In this document: piece after piece, positions 1 to 14,500 of the stretch
How the letters are laid out: each line of letters starts with the position of its first letter
Numbering within the stretch: position 1 is the first letter of the stretch
Assembly (NCBI RefSeq): GCF_036321535.1
Contig: NC_087436.1
Span: 101,248,001 to 101,312,000 of the forward strand
Direction: 5' to 3'
Length of the DNA: 64,000 nt
Origin: Camelus dromedarius
Taxonomy: Eukaryota
The notes under the pieces: model-generated
The model's database searches: none
Seen by the model: only the letters and a program-made list of their open reading frames with translations
Told to the model about the DNA's origin: nothing
Program-made: the position numbers and the translations under genes

Positions 1-102
1 GATCCACACCACAGTAATAATGTTATAGTGTGATGAGCCACAATATGGTCACAATTATCATAATCCCGGTGCTTTCAAAAGGAGGCTGTCTTTAAGGATT
101 TC

Positions 103-289
103 TTTTTTTTTTTTTTTTTTTTTTTTAGTTTCCATATCTGTACTAATTATTGTTTCTAAGAACAGATTAGATCTTTAGCTTTTTAAACTTACATAGTTAT
201 CAAAGGAATAAAGCCAACTACAAAATAAGAATCAATAGAATGCAGTAGTCCAATCATAAAGGACAGTCAAGAAATCAAAATAATAATTA
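103..289 (-). other. Poly(A)-tailed non-L1 segment (probable retrocopied 3'UTR fragment) joined to an L1 fragment
   Basis: T-tract at 103-126 is a poly(A) tail on the minus strand, preceded by an AATAAT-like signal; the sequence does not resemble the L1 3' end expected after the adjacent L1 fragment. Confidence 0.45.
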
Positions 290-660
290 GGTCATTTGTG
301 TCCTTATCATTATTGTTATTATTTTTTAGATTCTTCATATAAATGATGTCATATGGCAGTTTTCTTTCTCTTTCCAGCCCACTTCACTCTGAATGACAGT
401 CTTCAGGTCCATCCGTATTGCTGCAAATGGCATTATTTATTTTATTCTTTTTTATGGCTGAGTAGTGTTCCATTGTATATATGCAGCACATCTTCTTTAT
501 CCAGTAATCTACTGATGGACATTTGGGTTGTTTCCATGTCTTGGCTATTGTAAATAGTGCTGCTATGAACACTGGGGTGCATGTGTCTTTTTGAATTTTG
601 TTTTTCTCTGGATATATGCCCAGGAGTGGGATTGATGGATCACATGGTAAGTCTAATTTC
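290..660 (-). mobile_element. LINE-1 fragment (ORF2 C-terminus and start of 3'UTR)
   Basis: ORF 384-662 translates DPSIPLLGIYPE...TCTPVFIAALFTIAKTWKQPKCPS, the canonical L1 ORF2p C-terminus. Confidence 0.93.
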
Positions 661-984
661 AATGGGGGTTATTGATCACCTAATTTTTGTTAGTAGAGCA
701 CCATTTTTGGAACAATGATTAAGAGCAGTTGGTAATATTAACTAAGCACTTATATTATACCAGGGACAATTCTAGGCTTTTTATACATATTAACTTATTT
801 AATAAAGAGTCCAATGGGTAAATATTCATAAACCTCTCAAATTTGTTTGTATATTTCTGCTTTGTGTTCTTACTTTGATTCCCCCATCTTCCATTATGGC
901 TTTGACCTTCATAGCATGCCTGAAGGATGGACAAGAAATGTGACAAGAACTGCACTCAACTACAAACTAGGAGTGGCTTCTTCA

Positions 985-1205
985 TTAGTGGACAGAATTA
1001 CTGTGATAGTCATCATTCCTTATTCACCAAAGTGCATTCCTGATGACATTCACACATAGGAAGGAATACACATCCATATATTTAGAAGTTAGGGTGGCCA
1101 TTGTGAATTGCTTTGGTCAAGGATATATAAGTGGAAATGATATGGATCTCTCCCTGGTGGAGGTATTTGAGAGACAGCAAACAATTCCCCATCTTTTCTT
1201 CCTTA
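985..1205 (+). mobile_element. MLT1 (MaLR) LTR, 5' part; the 3' part resumes at ~4840-5165
   Basis: MLT1-like motifs (ttagggtggccattgtgaattgctttggtcaagg); the matching 3' end (ataaacacttgttgttttgtg...ctgagatttaggg) lies beyond the ERV-L insertion. Confidence 0.55.
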
Positions 1206-1209
1206 ACAT

Positions 1210-4200
1210 TATATTAACATTGTTCAGCGAAACAGAATATATACAACTGACATTCTACTCTCTCTTTCTCTCTCTCTCTCCCATAGATAGATAGATAGCT
1301 CTAACTATCTGTCATTTGAGGGAGAAATTATAAGGAATTGGCTCACACAATTATGGAGACTGAAAAATAGTAAGATACGCAATTGCAAACTAGAGATCCA
1401 AGAGTCACTGTGTAGTTCTAATCCCATGAGAACCAGGACAGCCCATGGTATAAATTTCAGCCTGAAATATAGCAGGCTCAACCTAAGAACTGATGTTTCA
1501 GTCGGAGTCCCAAGGCTGAAAAACAACAACGACAACAACAAAACAATGTCCCAGCTCATGCAGTCAGAAGTTTCCTCATACTCAGTCTTTTTGTTCTATC
1601 AGGCCTTCAACTGATTGGATAAGGCCCACCCACATGAAAGAGGACAATCTGCTTTACTCAGTCTACTGATTAAATGTTAATCTTAACCAAAAACACCCTC
1701 ACAGACAGACCCAGAAAAATGTTTGTGGGAACAAGAAACAAACATTTTTCTGTGGGTCACTAGAGTTAGCAGTGAGTGGTGCTACGTGAATTTCTACCCC
1801 TTGATTCCTGGCTTGATTCCTGACCTCTTGATTCCTGGGAATCCTGGCTATCAGGGAAATAGCACCATGTGTTGAACATTGATTCAGAGCATATACTTTC
1901 TTCTGGTGAATGTTTCCCCAGCCCTTGAGGATACTGTGACCCAGCTGGCACTATAACTGAGTCTTCAAAAGGCCATTTCACAGTTTTATCAAGCCAGCTG
2001 CTCCAGGATGTGTGGGAAATGTACAGCAAAACACTTTGTACACTTAACTAATGCCAAGGGAGGACTTAAACTATGTGGGAGAAGAGCAAAGATCATCACA
2101 ACACCAGCCCAAAGGATTAGAAGTCCAAATACTTCTGTCCACTGCATCTTAATATCAGAGTTGCCAAGGAAAACACAACACAGTCAAGCTCTGGATGGGA
2201 CAAGGGCTTTACTCACATAGAGAAGAGACAGAGCAAGATCAGCTTCAGTAGTGTGCATTGGTCTCTTATGATTAGCATGCTCCATCTCATCCCCTCATCA
2301 TCCTTCCACAAGCAGCTGCAGAAGGACCATTTGGCTAGGTGCACTCATGCTTCAGTAGAAGGACTGATCCCTCCTCCATGGAGTCTGGAATACTAAAAGG
2401 TGGGGTTCTGCCTGAGGGCCATCGATACGCACGCCTAAGCAGAACAAAGCAACTCTCATTGAGACAGAAACAGCGAAAGATACTCCCACACAAGTTGATA
2501 AGCCTGGGACAAGCTGTGTGGGCTCTTTATCTCTTGGTAAGGAAGTGTACCAGGCCCAAGGCCCATTCTTAGGTGGCCAAGTCGGGGGTAGAAAGACTGC
2601 ACACATGAGATTGCCTCTCCCAACAAGGAACATGATAAGAACAGTGAATTCCATGAGCATGAACCCACTGCTAAGCTCTTACTGTGAAGTGAGACCCCTG
2701 ATCAGAAGCAATGCTGAGTGGAATACCACAATGGTAGATAAGGCATTCCGTACATTGATGGGTGGGAGTTTTGGCAGAAGCACTGCAGTCAGAAAAGGCA
2801 AATCTGTATCTAGAGCAAAAATCTATTCAGGTAAGAACAAGAGACTGCCCCTTCCATGATGCAAGCTGTCCAGTGAAATGAACCTGTCACCAGGTAGCTT
2901 GTGATCACTCTCAGGAATGGTGTTGCACTTTGCTGATGGCAGATTGGGTATTCAGTCATGACTATAGCCAGGTTGGCCTTAGTGAATGGGAGTCCTTGTT
3001 GCTGAGTCCATGTATAAACTTCAACCTTGCCACCATTGGTGACTTTGTTCATGAGCTCATTAGGTAATGACAGGGGTGGCTAGGAAAAGAGGCTGATTGG
3101 TGTCACAGAAAGGGTCATCTTATCCACTTGATTATTAAAATCCTCCTCTGCTGGAGTCACCCTTTGTTGAACATTCACATAGGAAACACATACCTTCATA
3201 TTTTTGTCTACTCAGAGAGGCCTGTCTACATACCTCTTCCCCAAATTTTCTTATCACCAATTTCTAAGTCATATTCCTTCCCTGTCTGTGTCCATCCAGT
3301 CAAATCACTGGCCATAGCCCATGAATCATTATAACCGTACCTCTGGCTGTTTATCCTTTCATGCCAGGTGAACAGCACACGCACTCTTGACGTTCAGACC
3401 ACTAGTATGATTCCCCTCACCACTGGCCTTCAGGGATGTCCCATGGGGGGCTGCAGTGCTGCAGTCAACCACTTTTGGGTGGTGCCTGCATATTGTGCAG
3501 AATCACTCGTAAACCAGGCCCATGTGTTCTCTTCCTCTGTCAGCTGACTGTAGGAAACTCCCCATGAGGCCAGAGAGGCAGACAGAGAGAAAAGGCAGGG
3601 TAGCAGGAGTGGGGACCATGAGCATTTGGGCCACTTTTTCATGTAACTTACTCGTGCCTTCGGGGTTTGCTCGGGTTTGACCATGTGCCTACCACTTGGA
3701 ATGCTGCCGTGCACACCCACCTTTATGAGACTCAGCTCACAATGGGCAGCTGAGGTCACATCAGGATATAATTCCTTCCCAATTAATGCCTTCACTTTAA
3801 CAGGAGACACCCTGAGAAGCTGGGAATTCAACTTGAATTGTAATTCAGCCAGCTACAGGATGATATTCCTTGTTTAATTTTCAGCCATCTCAGCATTGCA
3901 ACTACAGGAGACAAGAGTCTGCCTGAGGTCACATATAGAAACTTTCAGGTCAGGTATCTGGCACTTGAGCTGGGAATATGAACCTCTGAGCCCATCCTTA
4001 TTTCCCCCACTATATCCAGCTACAATAGGAGCAACCAGCCAATCTCATTATACAACTCAGTTTACCAAGAATGTTCAAAAGTATCAAATACAACGTCACC
4101 GAGGTCCTTGTTTTTCCTAAATGGTTGGTTAGGAGTATCCAGTGATGACATTTTATGTGTCTCTAGTGCCAGATCATGCCATGGACTATCAGTACCCTCT

Positions 4201-4810
4201 CTTTCACTGCAAACAAATTCATTAGCATCTTTACATCTAATCACATTAGAGAGCCAATTCCAGAAACCTCAGAATCAATTCAGAAAATTCATCCTTAAAA
4301 TTCTGTTCCTCTAGAACTACTGTTGGTACCAACATCTGTATTACGTTAGTCTCCAGAAAACCAAAAACTATAAGGTACAGGATATATGCATATACTTATA
4401 TACATACATATACACTATATATATAGTGTATACATATATTTGTGAAAGAGAGAGAAATCATAAGGAATTGGCTCAAATGATTATGGAGGCTGAGAAATCT
4501 GTGGCTGGCAGGCTCAAGACCCAGGAAAAGCTAACATTTCAGTCTGAGTCCAAAGACTGGAAAAAATCAATGTCCCAATTTAAGTACTAAGACAGAAGTT
4601 CCCTGCTACTCAGTTTTTTTATTCTATTCAGTTCTTCAGTGGTTTAGATGAGGGCTACCCACATTAGGGAGGACAAGCTGCTTCACTCAGTCTACTGATT
4701 CAAATGTTAATCTCATCCAAAACATCCTCATGGACATACCCAGCATGTGTGACCAAATACCTGGGCACTATGTGCCCCAATCAAATTGACATATAAAATT
4801 AATCATCACA
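1210..4810 (-). mobile_element. Internally deleted ERV-L provirus with two MLT2-type LTRs (~1210-1740 and ~4338-4810)
   Basis: Both LTRs share ggaattggctca..attatggag, ctgct(t)tactcagtctactgatt(c)aaatgttaatct. Internal remnants translate to ERV-L gag (RVSPVKVKALIGKE), RNase H (ASWGVSYSQLTEEENTWAWFT..AGTTQKW.AALQP) and the integrase zinc finger region (QQQGLPFTKANLA...YPICHQQ). Confidence 0.9.
2074..2490 (-). mobile_element. Solo LTR (MER74-like, ERVL class) nested in the ERV-L internal region
   Basis: Inverted termini TGTGGGAG...CTCCCACA interrupt the ERV-L internal sequence. Confidence 0.6.
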
Positions 4811-7284
4811 ACATGTTAATATATATGCATCGTGAGATTAAAGCAGCCTAGAGTGTTAGCCAACAAGCAGAATATACAAAGATTCCCTGGTCATCCTTGG
4901 TAATGTCCACTATAGTAAATGTTCAATTCAGTAACTGATCATGGGATTTAGGGGTGACAAGACTGAAAAAATGCATACATGAGATTTTAGGACCTAATTA
5001 ATTGTAGCCTTATTAAATTATTTAATACAGATGCCCAGGATCATTACCCAAACCTTGAGTAAGCAGTATTTGCAGGAGTGGGACATAAACACTTGTTGTT
5101 TTGTGTTCCTGAGATTTAGGGAGTGTTTGCTTCAGTGGCACAATGCAGCCCATTCTGATGGATATAGCCTCTCGATCTGTAAACTGTAGGATTTTAATGA
5201 GATGTCTCTAAGGTCACTTACAGAACTTACACTCTGTGATTTTGGGGTTCCCAATTTCAAAGAGGAAACTCAATCATATTAAAGCAAAACAACTGTACCA
5301 AGGCCACTCAGCCCACTGAGTAAAATTCTGCAGCAAGAATTGTGTTTTTTTAAATGACCAATAATATTTATTGAACTCAGATTATTTACTGTTGTAAACA
5401 TTTAACAAAAGCATCATGAGATATAAATACAGACATCATGGCTTTTAAAAGTATCTACCTAGTAATCTGTTTCCATTACACTGCCTCATGCTCTCCTCGA
5501 CTCAGCAATTATTCAAAGGAAGCATTAAAATACATAGCTTATTCGAGAGTGATTTTCATCTTGCAATTAACTTCTTGCAATTAACTGATTGTTATGGCAA
5601 AATTTGGGATGTATCATCTGAAAATGCCAGAGTAGCTCATCAGTAGTCAGTTTCACACATACAATTTAATTTAAATACATGTTATTTACCTATTTTGTGC
5701 CTAGAAATTCACAAGGAATTATGGGAAGTGAAGAGGTATAAGAAGTGACCCAAGTAATTTCATTAATTTTATCTTAACCAGCGTGAGATATAATCACACA
5801 CAAATCACACATTTAATTTTAGTATGAATGAGTCCATGCCTTTACTTCTCATGGAGAATAGCACTCTCCTAGGATAAGGCTAGCTATAATGTAATGTAAA
5901 ATTGTTAAAGACTTCTCTCTGAAAGCTAGCAAATCAGAACCTACCATCTAATAAGTGCAAATATCTTCAAATCTGTCACACTGAGAAGTTGTGTAATTAC
6001 TCCTACGATACCGCAATAGTCTGAATATTCTCAGATTTCCTCTTCAGCAAACTTGGGACTATTCCTATCGTCCTTCGAAGGTGCTATTGATTACTAGAAA
6101 TGGACATACAGAGCCTTCTTATGTGAATTAAATACGTGATAGGTCTGGACAGTACTACATTTATTCAAACAATAAGTTGCATTTCTTATTTTGAGGAATT
6201 TGTGGTGCATAAAAGTAGCTTTGAAGGCAATTATGAAAAAGATGACCCTTAGAAATGTCAAATTATATCACAATCATTGGACTTGGTTGATATATGTAGT
6301 TCCCAGACAGACTATATTGATGCCAATCATCCAATGATAGTGTGCATGCAAATGAGTGTACACAGTATGTATGTTGTGTGCATACCTGAAAGGGAGAGAA
6401 TGAGAGAGATTCATTATTTCATACTTTACAAAATGTGTTATCTCTGTTGTTGAGGCATTCTGATCAAACTTTAGGATATAAATACATGCAAAGCCAACAT
6501 AAGGAAGACTGAGCCAGGCACATAAGGCACTGAACCAGTATGATGTGATATGTTAAACAAGGAGGTTGCTTTCTCTGGAGATTTTAAAGAAAATGATAGA
6601 TGGATATTTTTTTTGGCTATGGTATTGCCTGGAGGTAAAACAAAAATGATCAAGATTAGTAAGGTTATTACACCTCTAAAATTCTGAATGGGGCAAAATA
6701 AAGACCCTATTATGGACTTGCCTTGGAGAACAGGTGAAAGGAAAAATAGAGCTACTCTCTCTGATCATTAGCTGTACTCCTTCTTTAAGAGTCAGTATCC
6801 TATAAAAGGAATGGAGGGGCTACCCCCTTAGAAAGTAATTGTGAGGATTTAAATGAGCTCATGTATATAAAATGTCCGGCACAGAGATCAACATGAGTTA
6901 GGCTCCATAAATATTAGTTTTCTTTCCTTTGGCCATTTCACATTTTTGCTGATTATTTGCATATCTATGGATATAAGATGAAAATGAAATTTAGCATTGA
7001 TGTGCAGTATAATGAGGAAATAAATGGAGAAGAGATCTGATCTAATCAAAATGAGTCATAATCCCTTGTCTTTGAAAAATAATAATATAGTAAAGTCATA
7101 TTTATATTAAGCTCTTAACTTTTCATATCTGTGACTTTTCTTTTATCCCCTGAATAGCCCCAGGACTTTGGTCAGATAGGTTATTATCATCATGAGCTTG
7201 ATGAGAAAATTAGCAGCTGTGATTTGCTGAAGTCATTACTATTTTGTATCAGACTCTAAATAAATCAAAATAGAGATCCTATGA

Positions 7285-7860
7285 TTGGTAGACTGCCTCT
7301 AAGATGGCACCCAATTACCCTTGCCTTTTAGTATTCATGTAGTCCCCTCTCCTTGCGTGGGCTGGGTCCAGTGACTCACTTCTAATAAACAGCTTATGGT
7401 GAACGTGATAGCTGTCGCTTCCAGCATAAGGTTATGAAGAGACTGTGGCTTCCACTTGGCCTATCTCTTGCTCTCTCCTTTGCTGTCTCTGAGGGAAACT
7501 GCTGCCATGATGTAATTGCACAGAGAGGCCCAAATGGACAGAAACTATCATCTCTGGCCAATACTCACCAAGAACCTTACGCCTGCCTACAGTTACATGG
7601 TTAGGCTTAGATGTTCTGAGACCTGCCAATCGCCATGTGAGTGAGCTCACTAGAAGAGGCACTTCTTCCAGCCGAATTTTCAGTTGAGACCAGAGACCAA
7701 GAAGACACCTTGACTGCACTGTTGTGATAGATCCTGAACCAGAGGCAGCAGATAAACCACTCCAAATTTCCCGACTCAGAGAAACTGTGAGATAATTCAT
7801 TTTGTTGATTTAAGCTACTAGGTTTTTGGGTATCACGTTATGCAGAAATAGAATTCTATT
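7285..7860 (+). mobile_element. MLT1 (E/F-like) LTR
   Basis: tggtagactgcctctaagatggc start; ctcagagaaactgtgagataat...ttaagctactaggttttt...gttatgcag end. Confidence 0.8.
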
Positions 7861-7929
7861 ACATATAATTTTCAACTCTCTGCATGTCAAACATACAGTC
7901 ATTATGGTAGCTCTTGGTTATTAACTAAC

Positions 7930-8130
7930 TGTTGAAGCATTGGAGTTTGAATCTTTTGTGGCTTAACTTTGTGACTTTGGCCAAGTTATGCAAACTCTCT
8001 GTGTCTCAGATTTCTTATCTATAAAATGGAAATGAGTAGAAATCACCTATGGGAAGAATAAAAAATAAAATCTACATAAAGTGCTTAGAATTGTGCTGGC
8101 CCAGAGATAGTGAGCAATATATGTTATTAT
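7930..8130 (+). mobile_element. MIR SINE
   Basis: MIR core gtgactttggccaagttatgcaaactctctgtgtctcagatttcttatctataaaatgg and taaagtgcttagaa. Confidence 0.8.
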
Positions 8131-11100
8131 CACCATTTGTTCATTCAAGTAAGCAGCACAACTGATACCACAAATAAATGGAGAAAGAAAACTAAGCAAG
8201 CATACAAAAATTCAACAATATATATCAATTAATGATATTAATGGTGTACAACTACAGAAGAATAAATGCATGGGGTAATGTGACAAGTAAAAAGACCAAT
8301 CATGAACTAGAAGTTATAAGCCAGGTAAGTTCTGGCATATTTCAATTTGTGTTGATTTCTCTTTGAAAAGATAGTATTTTTCTATTTAATTGTAATATTT
8401 GCTAGCTGTTTTAATTTAGAAATCCCTCTGCATAAAAGTTTATGGGTAATTTTTCATCTAATTATATAAATTTTATTATTTTTATAAAGATCTTTTGTTA
8501 AACTGTACTTTGATATGCACAAACATACATGTTTATTTGTGAATATATTTAAGTACAAATGGAGACATGTCAAAAGTATTAAAGAGTATATATTTAGAGA
8601 AAACTATGTCCAGAAGCAGCTTGATTTATATTGTCCTAAATAAGGAATGGAATGAAAATAGTCAATTTGCTCTTGGCCATCATTTAAGAGATATCACCAA
8701 AAACAGAAGTAACCCTTAGTCATAATCACAATACTCTGAGAAGGAAAAATAACGAGTGCTGGGGGTAAAGACTGAGACACAAGATAGGACTTAAAATATC
8801 GAAGAAGAATGATTAGATTTAGAAACTAAATCATATATAAAAAATTAGAGGAACACTAAACACTACCATTGCTGTTTTTATTTTTTAGAACATTTAAAAG
8901 ACATGAATGTAATAAAGATTCTTGTGTAAACATATAAATTAAAAACATGAAGAAAGACAGTACAATAAGCAAATAGAATTTATTAGAATTGCTTTTCATC
9001 ATTTTCTAGCCTGCAGCAGACCCCTTGACTCCAGTACAATGTGTACATTTTAAAGATCTGTAAGAACACCATGTTTTTGTATTAAGGGAAAAAACTCTTG
9101 GAGACTTTTTCTTAGAAAAGCTGAAAATAAAAATTACTTTTTATCAAATTTATTATGTAACACTCTATGTTAATATTTATAAAAGATGGTGTTTATAGTT
9201 ATGATCAAGAAAATGTCTTCTTTTTTTTGCATACAGTATCTAAAATAACTTTCCTGATAAAGACTGTCCTAAACTTTAACATTATAAAGACACAATATGG
9301 TTAATGCTCCAAATCTGCAAAGTGTATTTTCTAGCTTGTTCCTGGTGGACATGATTTGTGTGTGTGTGCTGCTTTGATAAATAATAAGCCAATTGGTAAT
9401 GCAGGGGTGTCACACAGATACAGAATGCATTAGAATGCATTCTAAGCCTAATCCTCTTTCTTCCCTTTTCTGTCATTGGCATTTTTAAGTAAAAAAGACA
9501 GAATGATATTTCATGATTATTAAATATCATCCAGGGATAAACTTATCTAATGAGATTGCAATTTATGATCATCTACCAAATTGGCTTCCGTGATGGTCCA
9601 CTCTAATGGAAACCTACTGACTGATCTTAAAACCAAATGCTCATGTGTTCCAATTCCAGGAGCAAGCTTGACTGGAATTTGATGTCTCTGGCATCATGAG
9701 TGTCTCTCTTCAAGGGCAGTGAAAATGCAGACAGGCACTTGCCACAGAAAGCAGAAGTACTGTTTGACAAGTCAGAGCAGAGTAAAAATGAAAGATTTCA
9801 GATATGGTAAGGCGTCTGCAGTCGCTAAAGCAAATCTTCCCACAGTGGAGAAGTGAGGCTGCTAGGTGTTCCTCTGTCCTCATCAGATCCCAACTGACTC
9901 AACGGATGTGATCTAGCTCTGGGCTTTTCTGATTTTATTTCTATTCTATGTCACACTTACCTGTGATATGTCACCTCTCATCTTCTCTTGCCATTTCCTT
10001 TGCCCTCATCTTTTTTTTTTTTTTTCCCCTTCCATGTCTTTAAAATACATATTGGGTTTTAAAAATTAGAAATGTAATATTTGCTTCTTGTAACAAGTCA
10101 AACAGCACAAATGTACAAAGTGGAAAGTAAATGATGTCCATTCCCTGGCCAGTGTCATCCCCTAAGGTAACAAATACTAGCGCATTGGAGATACAGCTTT
10201 CCTCATTCTACTCTAGTTTTGTACATACAACTTGCGTCTGTACATATATATCATTTGTTTTTGTTCTTTAATAAAAAGTTAAATAATACCAAATACTTTG
10301 CTTACTAATGAAACTTTCTCCAGGTCAATATGAGCAGTATAATTTATGATTTTTCACAGCTGTGCAATCTTCTAGAGTCTGGATATATTGTATTTTATTC
10401 AGGTATTTTCCATACAAAAATAATTCAATATGTTGGCATTACTTTATAACCAAAAACAATGATTACTTCCATACTAGCATATTTATTTCTATAGTATAGG
10501 TTCCAAAGCGAGAGTGGCTAAAACACATGCAGTTTGAATTACAATAGATATGCCAGATTAACTTTCAAAAAGATTTAAACAATTCACATTTCCTCCATGA
10601 AAGTCTGAGTTCCCAGTTTTTTACACTCTGTGTTGTATTGTATCTTTTTAATATCTTTAATTGTTTGCCATGAATATATTTCATTTTAAAAACTGAAATA
10701 TCATGTCATCATGACATCACTGAATTTTTCCCTTTTTGAATTTCCTGCTTATATTTTTCTCCAGTTTTTGTTTTTAACATTTGTATTTTGTTTTTGATTC
10801 TAGGATTTCTTTGCATATTAAATATCAACTAACCAATTTTCACAAGGCGAGGAAATGTACTGGAAGCCATACTTTCCCCAGAAATTATTTGTCTTTTGAT
10901 TTTATTTATTCTACTCTTTGTCACAGGTTCATATGTATCTAACTGAATCTCAATGTATTTTTCAGTGGATTTGAATTTTCTATCTTACTTATATTGCTTT
11001 CCTTTTTTTTTTAATTTGAAGTAAATTTAAAGAAATTAGAATTATTAACCTAGATAAGAAAAGAAATCAAGGACACTAACAGGTTTTGAATTATCACATA

Positions 11101-11559
11101 CATGTCACTTTGATAATTCATATATCTTACATATACTATTTCATATACTTTTCATAAGAACTTTAAGAAGGTAAATTTTTTTCTGTGTTACACATGAGAG
11201 AACTACAGCTCAGAAAGATGAAAAGATCACTAAGCAGAGAAACTAGAATGAGGACCCAAACCTGTATGATTCGAAAGCTCATGCATTTCAGCTGCACCCA
11301 AAAGTGTTTGTTTCCCAAAAGCACTAACTTGTTGTCAGATATTTAGGTTCTCACCAAATGGCCTGGAGTGAGAAACAAAACATAAGATATTTAAATAATT
11401 AGCAAAACAGTAGGCACTGACTTCTCTTTCTAGGTTCTTAACACTGCAAAAGTAACATAACCTATATGACAGAATATTAACCGGTAAATGAAAGTTTCCA
11501 AAGCACCTTAAGCCAAAATGAAGTTTCAGAACACAGTGCACGTTTTCAAAGACAGTGTC

Positions 11560-14500
11560 TATCATTTTCAAAGATAGACATTGTAGAGTTCATAGATGGG
11601 TCAACCCATTAGGAAGATGTAATACTTAAAAACACACGTGCACCTAACAGAGTCCCAAAACATGTGAAGCAAATTGGCAGAACTGAAGAAAAAAAGAGAC
11701 AATTCAACAATAATTGTGGGAGATGTCAATACCTCAAAGGCAGTATCAACTACGAAGATCAACAAGCAAATAGAAGACTCCACCAAGACCAGAAGCCAAC
11801 TATGACTAGCAGGTCTCTAAAGAGCATCTATAAAACACTACACCCCCAAACAACAGAACCCCCCCTTTCATATCCGCATGGAACATTCTCCAGCATAGAC
11901 CCTGGAGAATGTTTTTACCACCAGGTCCCCAACCACCATAAACAAAAAGACTAAATAAATTTAAAAGGATTAAAATCATATAAAATATGTTAGAAATCAA
12001 TGAGAGGGAAAAAAAGGGAAATCACAAATATGTGTAAATCATATAACATAATTAAATGACCAATATATCAAAGAAGAAATCACCAGAGAAATCAGAAAGT
12101 ACTTTGAAACAAATGAAAATGAAAATATAAACTAATAAAACTTAGGAAATGCAATGAAAGCAATGCCTTAAGATAAATTTGTATCTGTAAATAGTTATAT
12201 TAAAAAGAAGTATCTCAAATCATAACCTAAGCTTCCACCATAACATTCAAAAAGGAAGAGAAAATTAAATCTGAAGAGAGATAATAAAACTTAGAGTGAA
12301 AATGAAGAAAACAGAATAGAAAAACAAGGAGAAAAATCAATGAAAAGTTGTTTCTTTGAAAAGATCAACAAAATGGACAAACCTTTTGATAGACTAAGAA
12401 AAAAAGATGACAAATTACTAAAATCAGGAATTAAAGAGGTGCATCACTGCCAACCTCACAGAAATAATAAATAAATTAAAAAAAAAAACAGTATCAGGGA
12501 ATATTATAAAATCTGTATGGAAACAAATGAGCTAGCCTAAAAGAAACAGACAAATTTCTAGATAGACATAAACTACCAAAATCAATTCATAAAGAAAGAA
12601 AATGTGACTATATCTATAAAAAGCAAAGGGGTTAACCAGTAATTAAAAAAAACTTCCCATAAAAAAAAATCCCAGGCCCAGATGGCCTCATTAGTAAACT
12701 CTATTGAAATTAAAGAAAATTTAATGTGACTCACAAACGTCCAAAAAAAAAAAAAAAAAGAAGAAGAAGAAAAAGAAGAGGAAATACTTATACTTTCACA
12801 ATCATTCCATGAGATCATGTATTATCCTGATACCAAAACTGGACGTAAAACATAAAAAAGAAAACTACTGACCAATACTATAATGAATACATATGTAAAA
12901 ATCCTAAACAAAATACTAGCAAGCTAAACTTATCAACGTATAAAAAGAATTATGCCCTATAACAAAGTGGGATTTATCCCAAGAATGCAAGGTTATTTAA
13001 TATCCGAAAATCAATTAATGTGACACATTATATTAACAGAATAAAGGAAAAGAAACACATCATCATTCCCATAGAAACAGAAAAAGCATTTGACAAAATC
13101 AAATATTATTTACGATTAAAACACTCCATACATTTGGAATAAAAAGGGACTTTCTCAACCAGAAAAAGGGAATCTATTAAAAAAAAAAAAAGAACATAGC
13201 TAGCATCACACTTGCTGATGAAAGTCTATATACTTTCCCCCAAGATCAGGTACAAGACAAGGCTGCCTTTCATCACTTCTATTTAACACTGTGCTAAATA
13301 TTCTAGCAAGGGCAGTCAGGTAAGAAAAAGAAATAAAATGCATCCAGGTAGGAAAGGAAGAAAGAAAATTATTTCTATTTGCCAATGACATGGTCTTAAA
13401 AAAAGAAAATCCTTTAAAATGCACAAAATAGAAATAATAAAAGAGTTCTGAAAAGGATGAGGAATGTAAGATCAGTATACAAAAATCATCCGTATTCCGT
13501 ACCCTGGAAATAATCAGAATATGAAATTAAGAAAATGACTTCCCAGAAAATAACATCAAAAAATATAATGCTTAAGAGAAAGTTTAACAATAACAACAAA
13601 AAATTAACATGTGTACTCTAAAAAATGCAAAACATTGTTGAAAGAAATAAAAGAAGTCTTAAATAAACGTAAAGACATTCCATGCTCCTATATCAAAAGA
13701 ATTAATATTAAGATGACAATATTTCCCCAAATGATCTACAGATTCATTACATCCTTATCAAAATTTCAGTTTCTTTTTCAGCAGAAATTGACAAGGCATT
13801 CCTAAAACTCATATGGAAATGAATAGTCAAAATAATCTTTAAAAAGAAGAACAAAGTTGGAGGACTCACACTTCCTGATTTCAAAACTGACTGCAGAGTT
13901 ACAGAAATTAAGACAGTGTGGTCCTGGCATAAGTACAGACGTATAGACTGATGGAACAGAATGAGGTCCAGAAATAAGCTCCTATATTTATGGTCAAATG
14001 ATTTTTGACAAAGGTGCTATGACAATTCAATATGGTAAAGAATAACCTTTTTGATGAATGGTAGTGAACAACTGGACATCCATATGTAAAAGAATGAAGT
14101 TGGACCCTTTCCTTAAGTCATATATAAAAATACCTCAAAATGGATCACAGACCTAAATATAATAGCTAAAAGTATAAACTCTAACAAGAAAATATGAGTA
14201 TATCTTTATGACCTTGGGTTAGGCAAAGCCTTATATATGACATCAAAAGCACAAGTAACAGAAGAAATAAAGATACATTGGACTTTGTCAAAATCAAACA
14301 CTTCTGTGCTACAAACAATTATCGTCAAAAAAAGTGAAAAGACAACACACATAATAAAATATTTGCAAATCATATTTCTAATAAAGGATTTGTATTCAGA
14401 ATATATTAAAAACCCTACAATTAAATTAAAAAAATAACTAAATTAAAAAATGGTCAAAGGATCTGAACAGACATTTCTTCAAAGACAACAAATGTCCAAT

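Noticed and set aside
9660..9806. Plus-strand exon-like segment (ttccag|...|gtaagg)
   Set aside because: Stops in all three frames and no supporting neighbouring exons; at most non-coding.
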